Shown here: in pieces, positions 36,348-46,069 of the stretch
Layout: each line of letters opens with the position of its first letter
Position numbering within the stretch: position 1 is the first letter of the stretch
Origin: Bacteroidia bacterium
GTDB taxonomy: Bacteria > Bacteroidota > Bacteroidia > NS11-12g > UBA9320
Length of the DNA stretch: 59,049 nt
Direction of reading: 5' to 3'
NCBI GenBank assembly: GCA_047614125.1
Contig: JBLHHI010000002.1
Coordinates: 1 to 59,049, forward strand
Notes under the pieces: model-generated
What the model saw: only the letters and a program-made list of their open reading frames with translations
Told to the model about the DNA's origin: nothing
The model's database searches: none
Program-made: the position numbers and the translations under genes

Positions 36348-37439
36348 ATGAAGAATATCTTATTCACCATACCAAATTTCAAAACCGCCGGAAGTGGCCG
36401 TGAAATGTTTAATATAGTTGAACACCTAGATTCACGAAAATTTACGGCAATTATTTGTGTAAATACTCCTGGAGGTAAGCTGTTTGACGAGATTCAAAGC
36501 AAAGGGTATGAAATAATTGTCCGCCGGCATCAGTTTGGTTTAAACGCAACAGGTTTTTTAAACTTAATTCGGAGTATTTCATTTTTTCGAAAGCTCAAAA
36601 TTGATGTGTGGCAATCGTTCGATTGGAGCAGTGATTTTACACAGGCATTGCTGGCAAGACTCAGCGGAACGAAGTTCGTTTACGTGAAAAAAAACATGAA
36701 CAGTGATCGTAAGGCTTGGTTCATCAAATTTCGTTTGTGCTCGCATATAATTGCTCGAAACACCACAATGGTTGAGACGTTTTTAACCAAATACTTGCAC
36801 AAGACCACTAGGATTCCAGGTGGTGTAGATTTAAATCGATTTACGTATCAAGAAGGAAGTTCAAAGACAACTTCAACTGTTTTTCGAAAAAACCCGAACA
36901 AAAAAGTCATCGTTTGCATGGCCCAAATTAGTCGAGTGAAAGGCCAACATTTAATTGTTCAAGCTTGCCAAGGTCTCGATAATGTTGAGATTTGGTTGCC
37001 CGGAGCTGTTCGCGATGAAGGTTATAAGGAAGAAATTTCGAAACTGGCTGCTGATTTAGAAATGAAAGAACACGTAATTTTCTGGGGTTCTGTTTCAGAG
37101 GTTACAACCATGTTAAAGGAAGCCGATGTTTTCGTACTTCCAACAACGTATTTCGACAATCACCAAGAAGGTTGTCCGGTAGCACTTATGGAAGCGCTGT
37201 CATCTGGCTTAATATGCATTGCCAGCGACGTTGCTGGGAACAAGGATCTTATCCTAGACGGTAAAACCGGATATTTATTTGAAGCCGAAAACCCATCCAG
37301 CTTAAAAAGTAAATTAGAGTTGGCATTCGCAAACAACAACATTCCCAAAATGCGCTCTGCAGCGCTGTCAAGTATTTTAGCTGATCATACCTTGCCGTAC
37401 GAGAGCAAGCAATTTGCGGCAGTTTATGAGTCCCTTTAA
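36348..37439 (+). CDS. GT4-family glycosyltransferase
   Basis: The ORF 36270..37439 is trimmed to the ATG at 36348 (MKNILFTIPNFKTAGSGREM). The C-terminal part has the E-x7-E-type region QEGCPVALMEALSSGLICIASDVAGNKDLILDGKTGYLF. Confidence 0.8.
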   Translation: MKNILFTIPNFKTAGSGREMFNIVEHLDSRKFTAIICVNTPGGKLFDEIQSKGYEIIVRRHQFGLNATGFLNLIRSISFFRKLKIDVWQSFDWSSDFTQALLARLSGTKFVYVKKNMNSDRKAWFIKFRLCSHIIARNTTMVETFLTKYLHKTTRIPGGVDLNRFTYQEGSSKTTSTVFRKNPNKKVIVCMAQISRVKGQHLIVQACQGLDNVEIWLPGAVRDEGYKEEISKLAADLEMKEHVIFWGSVSEVTTMLKEADVFVLPTTYFDNHQEGCPVALMEALSSGLICIASDVAGNKDLILDGKTGYLFEAENPSSLKSKLELAFANNNIPKMRSAALSSILADHTLPYESKQFAAVYESL

Positions 37440-37478
37440 ATTTTATAGAGTGAAAATAATTTCAAAAAGAAAAAGTAT

Positions 37479-38312
37479 ATGTTACCACTAATAAAATTGC
37501 TCAGAGCATATCGCTTAAAATGGTTTGGAGCCAAATACCCAGTTAAACAAATTCAATTTATGAACAAGTCGTATTGGGTTACGGAAGGGGCAGTTCGGCC
37601 AAAAGCAGATCAAGGAGATGCCTGGTATTTTGAGCTGTGCTTAAACGCACATTCAATTTTCGACATAGGTGCCAACACCGGAGCCACCGGCATTTTGGCC
37701 TTGCAGAACAAGAACCTAAAGCGACTTACTTTGGTGGATCCAAACCCACTGGCTTTAACGCAGGCGGCTGGCAACCTGATCCGAAATGGTATTAGTCCTA
37801 AGGTAAACTTCGTAAATGCCTTTGTTGGTGAGGAAGATGGTGCCAGTGTTAAATTTTATACTCTGGGAACTGGCGAAGCAGGCAGTTTCCTGCCTGGTCA
37901 TGCTCAAAGCGCCAGTGCCTCCAATTCATTTTACTACGTACCATCAAGAACAATTGATTCGATTGTTGACGAAGTTGGTTTTATACCTGACTTCGCCAAA
38001 ATTGATGTAGAAGGAGCCGAGAATTTGGTTCTAAAAGGATCTACGGGACTGGCTGCGAAGCAAAGCACGCTGTTTATGGTTGAGCTTCACTCTCCCCCGG
38101 AATTGCCAATGGTAGAAAATGCAACCTTCGTCATCAACTGGTGTAAAGAAAATAAATACACCCCCTGGTACCTGCGAGATAAGGTTGTTCTTAAAACTTC
38201 AGATCAAGTAGCTGATCGCGGCAAATGTCATATATTATTAGTGCCGGAAGGAAAAGAGTTCCCTTCCTATTTATCAAACATTCAAGAAAGAGCCGCTTTC
38301 AGTAACTCGTAG
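37479..38312 (+). CDS. FkbM-family methyltransferase
   Basis: FDIGANTGATG and KIDVEGAENLVLKG motifs. Confidence 0.8.
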   Translation: MLPLIKLLRAYRLKWFGAKYPVKQIQFMNKSYWVTEGAVRPKADQGDAWYFELCLNAHSIFDIGANTGATGILALQNKNLKRLTLVDPNPLALTQAAGNLIRNGISPKVNFVNAFVGEEDGASVKFYTLGTGEAGSFLPGHAQSASASNSFYYVPSRTIDSIVDEVGFIPDFAKIDVEGAENLVLKGSTGLAAKQSTLFMVELHSPPELPMVENATFVINWCKENKYTPWYLRDKVVLKTSDQVADRGKCHILLVPEGKEFPSYLSNIQERAAFSNS

Positions 38313-38314
38313 TT

Positions 38315-40072
38315 ATGTCGGCCTTTGTTGACATATCCATTACCAACAAAACGAAGCCATTGAAACGGGTTCGCATTTTTAATAAACCTTGGGTAGCAAG
38401 CGATGGATATGCTTATTCATTGCCTCATCAAATCTCCAAATCAGCAACTGGCCAAACTTTTAAAGCTTTAGAAAGCGATGAACTTACCATTCTTGTATTG
38501 GGTCAGTTTAACACTCTTGTTTCAGACGCTGAATTAATATACCTGCTTGAAAGTTCTGTTTTAAAGATAAAGCCATTTAAAGATCCACCCGGACAATGGT
38601 TAATTTTATGCTTCGAGAAAAAAACACATAATTGGCATGTATTTACGGATCGATTTGGAACTGAAAAAGCCTATCACCGTAGTGGAGATCATGCAGCAAT
38701 ATCAACCTACTTTGGTTCCATTCTTGATGATTTTGATATTAAAAACTTTGATCAAACTGGATTTACATGCTTTGTTGGGAACGGATTCTTCCCTGAAGAC
38801 CTAACATACCATTCAGATGTCAAAGTATTGAAGCCAGCTTCTCATTACATCTTTAACGAATCACTTGCACTGCAAGAGATTTCTAGGTATTGGAATTGGG
38901 AACATAGTCCCGATCAATCTTTATCGATGGATAAGGCGTTGGCTGAATTTCACCACCTCATTATTAACGTTGTAGGACAGGCAGTACAAAACAAACGAGT
39001 GGCTCTCCCACTTTCTGGAGGTTTGGATTCAAGAACCTTAGCGGGTGTTCTAACTCATAAAGACTTTAAACAAAGATTTCCAAAAAGCGGCGCCATCACA
39101 AGTTTTTCGTACGAATATGCAAACGGTCTTCCAGAAGCACAAATCTCTTCTAAGATTGCTGCAACCTTGAATCTACCGTTTAAAAAATTTATTGTTCCGA
39201 ACTATCTCTTTAACAAAATGGCTGTTGTTGAAGATAGTGTTGAGATGTTTCAAACCATAGATGGTACCCGCCAAATTATGGTTGGCGATTGGTTGGCGGA
39301 GAATTCTGATGTTGTACTTGGGGGCCATTGGGGAGATGTATGGTTGGATGCATCCAATGAAATATCAGAAACAGACCTCCTCCCTACTTATCAAAAAAAA
39401 ATGAATAAGAGAGGTCGAGAAATCCTTTTTGACCTTTTGCACAACTTCATCGTTGACGATCCTCAAAATGCCTTAGATGACTACTTTACTAAGGCCATTG
39501 AAGCATACCAGCACATAAAAGACAGCGATTTTAGAATGAAAGCTTTTAAAACAGACCAATGGTCGTTTAGATGGACCTTGGCAAGTATAAAAGCTTATCA
39601 GGCGGGTGCGTATCCGGTTCTCCCTTTTTACGACGGAAGAATGGCCGATTTTTTTGAAAAAATCCCAACCGCGTGGCTGGTCAATCGCAAGTTTCAGGTG
39701 GAATACTTAAAAAAGTTTCATCCCGATTTGGCCCGAATTACATGGCAAGAATATGGAGCCAATCTGTTTTTATATCCATACGTAAACAACAGACAGCTAT
39801 GGTATCGAGTGATATCTAAACTAAGAAGAATGCTCACCTTTAAGAAATTTACCTACCGCAATTGGGAAGTGTTTTATTTAAACACTGAAGGAAGGCGGTC
39901 TCTGGAAAAGGATGTATACAAGCATCAATGGCTAGTTGAGAAAATAGGCAAGGAACGACTTGACGCTTTTTTCGCTGCGTTTTACGCCAATCCAAAAGCC
40001 GACAATGGCTATGCCATGTGCCACTTACACACCTTTTCCCGTTTCATCAACAAGTACTGCCCAGAAGGATGA
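38315..40072 (+). CDS. asparagine-synthase-like PP-loop amide ligase lacking the N-terminal Cys nucleophile
   Basis: PP-loop ALPLSGGLDSRT. The N-domain relic FTDRFGTEKAYH is comparable with RDRFGVKPLYY of the AsnB at 25346. The N-terminus is MSAFVDI, with no Cys2. Confidence 0.7.
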   Translation: MSAFVDISITNKTKPLKRVRIFNKPWVASDGYAYSLPHQISKSATGQTFKALESDELTILVLGQFNTLVSDAELIYLLESSVLKIKPFKDPPGQWLILCFEKKTHNWHVFTDRFGTEKAYHRSGDHAAISTYFGSILDDFDIKNFDQTGFTCFVGNGFFPEDLTYHSDVKVLKPASHYIFNESLALQEISRYWNWEHSPDQSLSMDKALAEFHHLIINVVGQAVQNKRVALPLSGGLDSRTLAGVLTHKDFKQRFPKSGAITSFSYEYANGLPEAQISSKIAATLNLPFKKFIVPNYLFNKMAVVEDSVEMFQTIDGTRQIMVGDWLAENSDVVLGGHWGDVWLDASNEISETDLLPTYQKKMNKRGREILFDLLHNFIVDDPQNALDDYFTKAIEAYQHIKDSDFRMKAFKTDQWSFRWTLASIKAYQAGAYPVLPFYDGRMADFFEKIPTAWLVNRKFQVEYLKKFHPDLARITWQEYGANLFLYPYVNNRQLWYRVISKLRRMLTFKKFTYRNWEVFYLNTEGRRSLEKDVYKHQWLVEKIGKERLDAFFAAFYANPKADNGYAMCHLHTFSRFINKYCPEG

Positions 40073-41211
40073 AAAACGTTCTTTTAGTGATGCATTCATA
40101 CCCCAGTAACTCATCTTTTTTGATGAACAAATTTTTGAGATTAGAAAAACATTTCAAGATAAAACTCTTGGTATGGAGTAAAGCATCCAAGGTGGGTAAC
40201 AATGTTTATACCGGCCTCACCGACCTTTCTGTAGTGGCTTTGTTAATAACCGGTCTACAAGCCTTAACTACATTTGTATCGAAACCGAAACAGTCTCTGT
40301 TGTTTTGTAGGAAGTTAGGCATTAAGAAATTTTTTAAAGGACATTATTTCATTCGAAAATATTTCGACGTCATCCATTTCGAATTTGGCACACTGGCTAT
40401 TGAATGGATGAAACTAAAAACGGTTTGCAAGAGTCGTATTGTGGTTAGTTTTCGAGGCTACGACTTGAATTACTTTAAGCTTGGCAACGATGAAACCTAT
40501 TCTGCGGTTTGGCAAAACGCAGATGCCTTTCATTTTCTTGGAAGAGATTTGTATAACCGAGCCCTAAAAAGAGGATACAGCAGCAACAAAGCCAACTTTT
40601 TTATCAGTCCCGCAATCGACTTAAATTTATTTAAGCCAAATGAAAACAAGACCTACTTATCCAATGGCGTTTTACAACTGGTAAGCGTAGGTCGTTTGGT
40701 ATGGAAAAAAGGGATCGAATACGGTTTAAAAGCGGTTCAACTTTTAGATCAAAAAGGCATCCCAGTGCACTACACCATTATTGGTGATGGTGAAAACAAA
40801 CAGGCAATCGAATTTTGCATACGCGAATTAGACTTAACACATTGTATTACAATGACTTACCACTTGAATCAACCCAAAACAGTTGAAATTCTCAAAAGCA
40901 TGGACTTGTTTTTGCATCCGGCCATCAGCGAAGGATTCTGCAATGCTGTTGTTGAGGCTCAGGCTATGAAACTACCTGTTGTATGCACAACCGCAGATGG
41001 CTTACAAGAAAACATAGAAGAAGGCAAGACGGGTTTTGCCGTGGATATTTATGATGCACTAAAACTGGCAAACCAAATAGAATACTTCTTTAACAACAAA
41101 ATCAAACTCTCCGAATTTGGAGAATGTGGAAGAAAACGTGCGGAGGAACATTACAAAATTGAAGATCAAATAGACAAGTTCGTTAAGTTGTATAATGAAG
41201 TCTCGGAATAG
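40069..41211 (+). CDS. GT4-family glycosyltransferase
   Basis: The ORF is trimmed to the ATG at 40069 (ATGA overlap with the previous stop). It contains SEGFCNAVVEAQAMKLPVVCTTADGLQENIEEGKTGF. Confidence 0.8.
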   Translation: MKNVLLVMHSYPSNSSFLMNKFLRLEKHFKIKLLVWSKASKVGNNVYTGLTDLSVVALLITGLQALTTFVSKPKQSLLFCRKLGIKKFFKGHYFIRKYFDVIHFEFGTLAIEWMKLKTVCKSRIVVSFRGYDLNYFKLGNDETYSAVWQNADAFHFLGRDLYNRALKRGYSSNKANFFISPAIDLNLFKPNENKTYLSNGVLQLVSVGRLVWKKGIEYGLKAVQLLDQKGIPVHYTIIGDGENKQAIEFCIRELDLTHCITMTYHLNQPKTVEILKSMDLFLHPAISEGFCNAVVEAQAMKLPVVCTTADGLQENIEEGKTGFAVDIYDALKLANQIEYFFNNKIKLSEFGECGRKRAEEHYKIEDQIDKFVKLYNEVSE

Positions 41212-41249
41212 AGAAGAAATTGTAACATAAAAGGTAGGAAGATCGCAGC

Positions 41250-42131
41250 ATGAATATAACAAAAAAGGTGGATCAAAAAGGTGCTAAGCTTATTGTAATA
41301 TGGGATTACGATACGCCTATTTCTAGAATAACCGCCACAAAACCTTATAAGTACCAGTTTGATAAATGCTTACAAGAAGAGAAAAATGTAGCAAAAATCT
41401 TGGAAGTGGCAGAGGAGTTTGAAGCGGAAATGACCTTTGCTGTGGTAGGTTATGGGGCAGAACAAAGTGTTTATCCGTTCGATGTTCGGCATGTAATCAA
41501 GCAAATTCGTGATAAAGGTCATGAGGTGGCTTCTCATTCTTGGAAGCACGAGTGGTTTCCTTACTTGACCAAATATCAAATTGAACATACCTTAAAGCGC
41601 AGCAAACTGATCATTGAGCAAACCATCGGAGAAGGTCATGTTACGGGCTTTGTTCCTCCACATGACAAGCCGTACAGTTGGTTGTCAAAATTTGCCTGGA
41701 GTAAGGGCGATCGGGCGCTTTACCCCTTCCACCCAGGTGCGGATATTGGATACATTGCAGGTGAATTAAATCGGCAAAATTACACTTGGTACCGCGTTCG
41801 ATTCAGAAGTATTTGGAATAAATTAGTAGATTGGGAAGGCATCAAACTCGAAAAGAGATTAACCCGTCCTTGGATTAAACACAAGGGAACCATATGCTTT
41901 AATGCCACCTACAATGGCTTCGACGAAAGAGCGCTGCAATTAATGGATCAGGCCGTTAAAACCAACGCGGTAATAGTTGTTGTTGGGCACCCAGCGGCAT
42001 TATCGTGGAAAGGGCCGGAAAGCATGGATTGTTTTCAAAAGTTGATGGAACATGCATCATCCTATAAGAAGGATGGAAAACTCGAATTCTTTACGGTTCA
42101 AGATTATATCAACGAATACATTAATCAATGA
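41250..42131 (+). CDS. polysaccharide deacetylase (CE4 / NodB homology)
   Basis: IWDYDTP (Asp-Asp-type motif 1), HEVASHSWKHEW (HxxxH metal motif) and VVVGHPAAL. Confidence 0.7.
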   Translation: MNITKKVDQKGAKLIVIWDYDTPISRITATKPYKYQFDKCLQEEKNVAKILEVAEEFEAEMTFAVVGYGAEQSVYPFDVRHVIKQIRDKGHEVASHSWKHEWFPYLTKYQIEHTLKRSKLIIEQTIGEGHVTGFVPPHDKPYSWLSKFAWSKGDRALYPFHPGADIGYIAGELNRQNYTWYRVRFRSIWNKLVDWEGIKLEKRLTRPWIKHKGTICFNATYNGFDERALQLMDQAVKTNAVIVVVGHPAALSWKGPESMDCFQKLMEHASSYKKDGKLEFFTVQDYINEYINQ

Positions 42132-43174
42132 GAATCGATCGATTGCAAAATATAGCCAAAAAGAAGGTGAGCACGCTAAAACCTCCCTTGCTTAATTCGC
42201 ACAGTGCATTCGTTGAAAAAGCTTGGGGTTTAACGTCTATACGTAAAGATTACAACTTCTTACAGTGGAAGTTCAAATCAGCAGACCCACACAACATTGC
42301 TGGGCTTCTTGTGTATGTGGAAAACGAAGAAGTGCAAGGCCAATTGGGCGTTATACCCGATAAAGTTAAAATCGATGGTCAAGTACACGCTTGCCAATGG
42401 GGATGTAATTTTAAGTGTCTTCCTGAGTACGAGGGCAGCGGAATAGGTGCCTTGCTGGATATTGCCTCGCTAGAAAAAACAGAGATAACTTTTGGCGTTA
42501 GCCCTACCAAACAATCAGAAGACATCAAACGAAGGTTGGGGTTCACCTTGCTTGAAGGTCCACGTGTATTAATGTACCCGGTCGATTTTTATCATCTCAT
42601 TTCGCTTAAACTGCCACCGAAATTGAGATTTAGCCGGGTCGCTTTCAAAGCCCTATTCCAAGCTGTTTACAAAATAATATTCAATAAGATTCAACGAAAA
42701 TCCATTAGCCAAATCGATGTATTTGAGGGTGATTGGAAGGATATTTTTTCGTTTCTCAAGAAGGCTCGGGCAAAAATTAGCATTCCGCATGTAGTTCACG
42801 ATGAGCAATTTATGCACTGGCGTTGCGATGAGTTGCCAAAGTATAGATCTTCTGCACTCTCCTTGTATACAAATTTGGGCAGCTTTGTAGTTTGTAATGT
42901 TGGCAACCCATATTTGATGATAAACGAATATAACTTTGTGAACCGCAATGAAGGTGTTGAATTATTAAAAAAATGTTTTCAAAAAGCAAAAGAAATGGGT
43001 GCTAGAACCTTAAAAGTTTACGCAAACAACAGCGATCAAGAGAGCCTGTTTTCTAGTTTAGGATTTATTCCTTTGAGACATCGTGTAACCGTTTACGCCC
43101 ACACAAACAACAGCAATATAAATTTGGGTCGTAAGTTTCATTACGATGGCTATGATGGAGAAAGTAATTTGTAG
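42128..43174 (+). CDS. tandem GNAT-fold acyltransferase-like protein
   Basis: ATGA overlap with the deacetylase. GNAT motif A-like EYEGSGIGALLD in the first half. The second half ends ...ESLFSSLGFIP, which is typical of a GNAT C-terminus. Confidence 0.5.
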   Translation: MRIDRLQNIAKKKVSTLKPPLLNSHSAFVEKAWGLTSIRKDYNFLQWKFKSADPHNIAGLLVYVENEEVQGQLGVIPDKVKIDGQVHACQWGCNFKCLPEYEGSGIGALLDIASLEKTEITFGVSPTKQSEDIKRRLGFTLLEGPRVLMYPVDFYHLISLKLPPKLRFSRVAFKALFQAVYKIIFNKIQRKSISQIDVFEGDWKDIFSFLKKARAKISIPHVVHDEQFMHWRCDELPKYRSSALSLYTNLGSFVVCNVGNPYLMINEYNFVNRNEGVELLKKCFQKAKEMGARTLKVYANNSDQESLFSSLGFIPLRHRVTVYAHTNNSNINLGRKFHYDGYDGESNL

Positions 43175-43177
43175 ATT

Positions 43178-44188
43178 ATGGTTAGTGAAATAAAAGCAAT
43201 TAGCTACTACCTTCCGGAAGACGTATTAAGCAATCAAGCGCTAGTAGAACAATTTCCGGAATGGTCAATTCAAAAAATTGAGGACAAAACAGGCATCAAG
43301 CAACGTCATATTTCTGCAGATGATGAATTGGCATCTGACATGGCGGTGAAGGCAGCCGAGAAACTCTTTGAAGAATATGCCATCGATCGATCAATCATCG
43401 ATTTTGTTATCCTGTGTACACAAAGTCCCGATTATTATTTGCCTACAACGGCTTGTATCATCCAAAACAAGCTCGGTTTATCAACGAGTACCGGCGCTTT
43501 TGATATCAACCTTGGATGTTCTGGTTTTGTATACTCATTGGGTATTTGCCGAGGTCTTATCGAATCAAATCAGGCCAAAAACATTCTCTTGCTTACCTCC
43601 GAAACGTACAGCAAGTTTATTGATCCGAGAGATAAGAGCATTCGAACACTCTTTGGTGACGCAGCCTGTGCTACGCTCGTTTCGGCGGCCGACGGAAGTT
43701 CTAAAATTGAAAACTTTGTTTATGGAACAGATGGCGCAGGTGCAGAGCATCTCATCGTAAAAAGAAACAGCCTGCGAATTAACGATCATGCAAAAACCGA
43801 AGAAATGATCGAAGATGAATATGGTAATAAACGCAAAATGGGAGATCTATTCATGAATGGCGCTGAAGTGTTTAACTTTTCAATAAAGTCTGTACCCGTA
43901 CTCATTAAGCAAACGCTTGAAAAAAATAATATGGAAATGGAAGATGTAGATTACTTTGTATTACACCAGCCCAATAAGTTTATGTTGGATGGGCTTCAAA
44001 GACGGTCTAAAATTCCGAAAGAGAAATTTTTAACCTATTATGAGCAGTGCGGAAATACCGTATCCTCAACCATTCCCATCGTTTTGAAAGAATCCATGAA
44101 AAGCGGAATTCTTAAAAAAGGTAATCGAGTTTTACTTGCCGGCTTTGGCGTTGGATATTCTTGGGCCGGATGCATTCTAACACTCTAA
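43178..44188 (+). CDS. KAS III (FabH-like) beta-ketoacyl-ACP synthase / acyltransferase
   Basis: Cys-His-Asn triad contexts NLGCSGFVYSL, VLHQPNKFM and CGNTVSSTIP. 336 aa. Confidence 0.85.
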   Translation: MVSEIKAISYYLPEDVLSNQALVEQFPEWSIQKIEDKTGIKQRHISADDELASDMAVKAAEKLFEEYAIDRSIIDFVILCTQSPDYYLPTTACIIQNKLGLSTSTGAFDINLGCSGFVYSLGICRGLIESNQAKNILLLTSETYSKFIDPRDKSIRTLFGDAACATLVSAADGSSKIENFVYGTDGAGAEHLIVKRNSLRINDHAKTEEMIEDEYGNKRKMGDLFMNGAEVFNFSIKSVPVLIKQTLEKNNMEMEDVDYFVLHQPNKFMLDGLQRRSKIPKEKFLTYYEQCGNTVSSTIPIVLKESMKSGILKKGNRVLLAGFGVGYSWAGCILTL

Positions 44189-44198
44189 AATTAGTACA

Positions 44199-44420
44199 AT
44201 GGATTTTGAAACTTTTAAAAACAACTTTGAAACGCAGCTTGAAGAAGCTCCCGAAACAGCTCTTACCCAGGACACTTTATTTAAAAACCTACCTACATGG
44301 GATTCTATGACCGCATTAATGGTTATTGACATGTTTGATGCCGATTATGGTAAAACCATTTCAAACGAGCACATTAAAACCTGCAAAACCTTAGGAGATT
44401 TGTTTGAACTTGCCAAGTAA
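44199..44420 (+). CDS. acyl carrier protein
   Basis: 73 aa, acidic, with phosphopantetheine-serine context LPTWDSMTALMVID. Confidence 0.75.
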   Translation: MDFETFKNNFETQLEEAPETALTQDTLFKNLPTWDSMTALMVIDMFDADYGKTISNEHIKTCKTLGDLFELAK

Positions 44421-44517
44421 TTTAATTGCCAACCAGCAGTGAGGTTTATTTTTTGTAAATCTGCATTTCCCAGCGTTTGACTTACACTCAATACATTAAA
44501 CGCGCAAAACAAAACTA

Positions 44518-46068
44518 TTGAACATCGATTTAATCCTTTTCTCATCAAAAGCAGCCATGGATTGGCCATTGGGCAAGCTGTGCATCATTAACCATAACTT
44601 TGCTGATATTCAACCCTTTGTTGCTGAATCTACGAGCGATTTTATTTTATTTTGGGATGCAAATAACCCATTGCCCAGTTCAGATTTACTGGCCGAGATT
44701 ACCTCTCGTCCGGGTGATATTTGGCACGCCGGACTTCGCTTTGGGTTGCAAGGCCTTCCCGAAAAAATTAACTTTGTCCATCCAACTTGGATGTACAACT
44801 GTGATGGGAATCCAAGTGTAAACACCACATCTTTCCGACTGAGTTTTAAGGCAATGATCGGAAAGACTTCGGTGCTTCAACAAGTTGAGATTTATGACCA
44901 ATCGTACACCTCTATTTCCTATGCCGGAATAGATCTCGGCTATCGCTTGATGCGATCTGGCGCCATCATTCGATACGACACCGATTTAATCGTTGATCCA
45001 GTTCGTAATTCTTTAAAGTCCAACCAAGTAAACTTGCATGATGAATGGTACTTTATCTGTAAATACTTTTCGAACAAGTGGCGAAAATGGACCTTACTAA
45101 GGAGCTTTGCAAAAGAAGGTGCATTGGTGAAAAATCTACAGATGTACACTAAATTTAAGAGCGTTCCTAAACACAAGTTCGAATTTATCCATCAAGAAAT
45201 ACGTCTCGAATCGGGAGCCTTGGATAAGTACAAAAACAACATTTCTGTGCTGGCGCCCACACTCAATAGATACAGCTATTTGGAGGCAGAGTACCAACAA
45301 TTAGCAAAACAAAGCATCTTGCCGTTGGAGGCTTTAACAACCGACCAAACCAGCCTTGAGCAGCGTGAAGAAATAAAGGTAGACAAGTATCCTCCGCTTC
45401 GAATTAGAACTTTTGTGCAGGAAGAGAAAGGTCAATGTGTTGCTTGGAATAAGCTCCTGGAAGAATCGAAAGGTGAATACGTTTTCTTTCTAGGAGATGA
45501 TGCTGACGACATTCATCCCGACTTTATCGAAAGAATGTGCTCAACCATGGAAAAACACAAGGTAGACATGGTTGCCACCAATGTGATTGAAGCGGGCAAC
45601 TGCAATACCATTGATACCGACTATACCTGCATTGCCGAGACATTTCCGATCACATTAATTAAAAAAAAGGTGGTGATGGATGCCGGGGCAATGGACATGT
45701 TGTTCAATAAAGGCATTCGAGCCGACGGTGATTTAGCCATGAGATGTTACCTCAATGGTGCAACTTTCTTATTTGACTCTTCACTTAGAATATTTCACCA
45801 TCGAGCCCCGGTTGGCGGTTTGAGAAGTTTAAAGCAACGAGTGATAACCAATCATATGACTAAAACTCAGATTATGAAGTTTACCTCACCAACGGCAACT
45901 GAGAAAATTATTATGTCGAGGTACTTTAGTAAATCGCAGATCAAAGAAGAAATGTTGATGCGTAAGATGTCGGCATTAAGTATAAATGGACCGGTTTGGA
46001 GAAAAATTGTCAAATTATTTGTTGGCTGTGGCTGGTTGTTGTTGAACGGAAGAAAGTACAAGGTTTAA
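44518..46068 (+). CDS. GT2-family glycosyltransferase with an extra degenerate N-terminal GT2-like domain
   Basis: The C-terminal half has ISVLAPTLNR...VFFLGDDADDIHPDF (DxD). The N-terminal ~230 aa looks like a second GT-A-like domain without a DxD. The start is uncertain (TTG at 44518 or ATG at 44557). Confidence 0.65.
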   Translation: MNIDLILFSSKAAMDWPLGKLCIINHNFADIQPFVAESTSDFILFWDANNPLPSSDLLAEITSRPGDIWHAGLRFGLQGLPEKINFVHPTWMYNCDGNPSVNTTSFRLSFKAMIGKTSVLQQVEIYDQSYTSISYAGIDLGYRLMRSGAIIRYDTDLIVDPVRNSLKSNQVNLHDEWYFICKYFSNKWRKWTLLRSFAKEGALVKNLQMYTKFKSVPKHKFEFIHQEIRLESGALDKYKNNISVLAPTLNRYSYLEAEYQQLAKQSILPLEALTTDQTSLEQREEIKVDKYPPLRIRTFVQEEKGQCVAWNKLLEESKGEYVFFLGDDADDIHPDFIERMCSTMEKHKVDMVATNVIEAGNCNTIDTDYTCIAETFPITLIKKKVVMDAGAMDMLFNKGIRADGDLAMRCYLNGATFLFDSSLRIFHHRAPVGGLRSLKQRVITNHMTKTQIMKFTSPTATEKIIMSRYFSKSQIKEEMLMRKMSALSINGPVWRKIVKLFVGCGWLLLNGRKYKV

Positions 46069-46069
46069 G

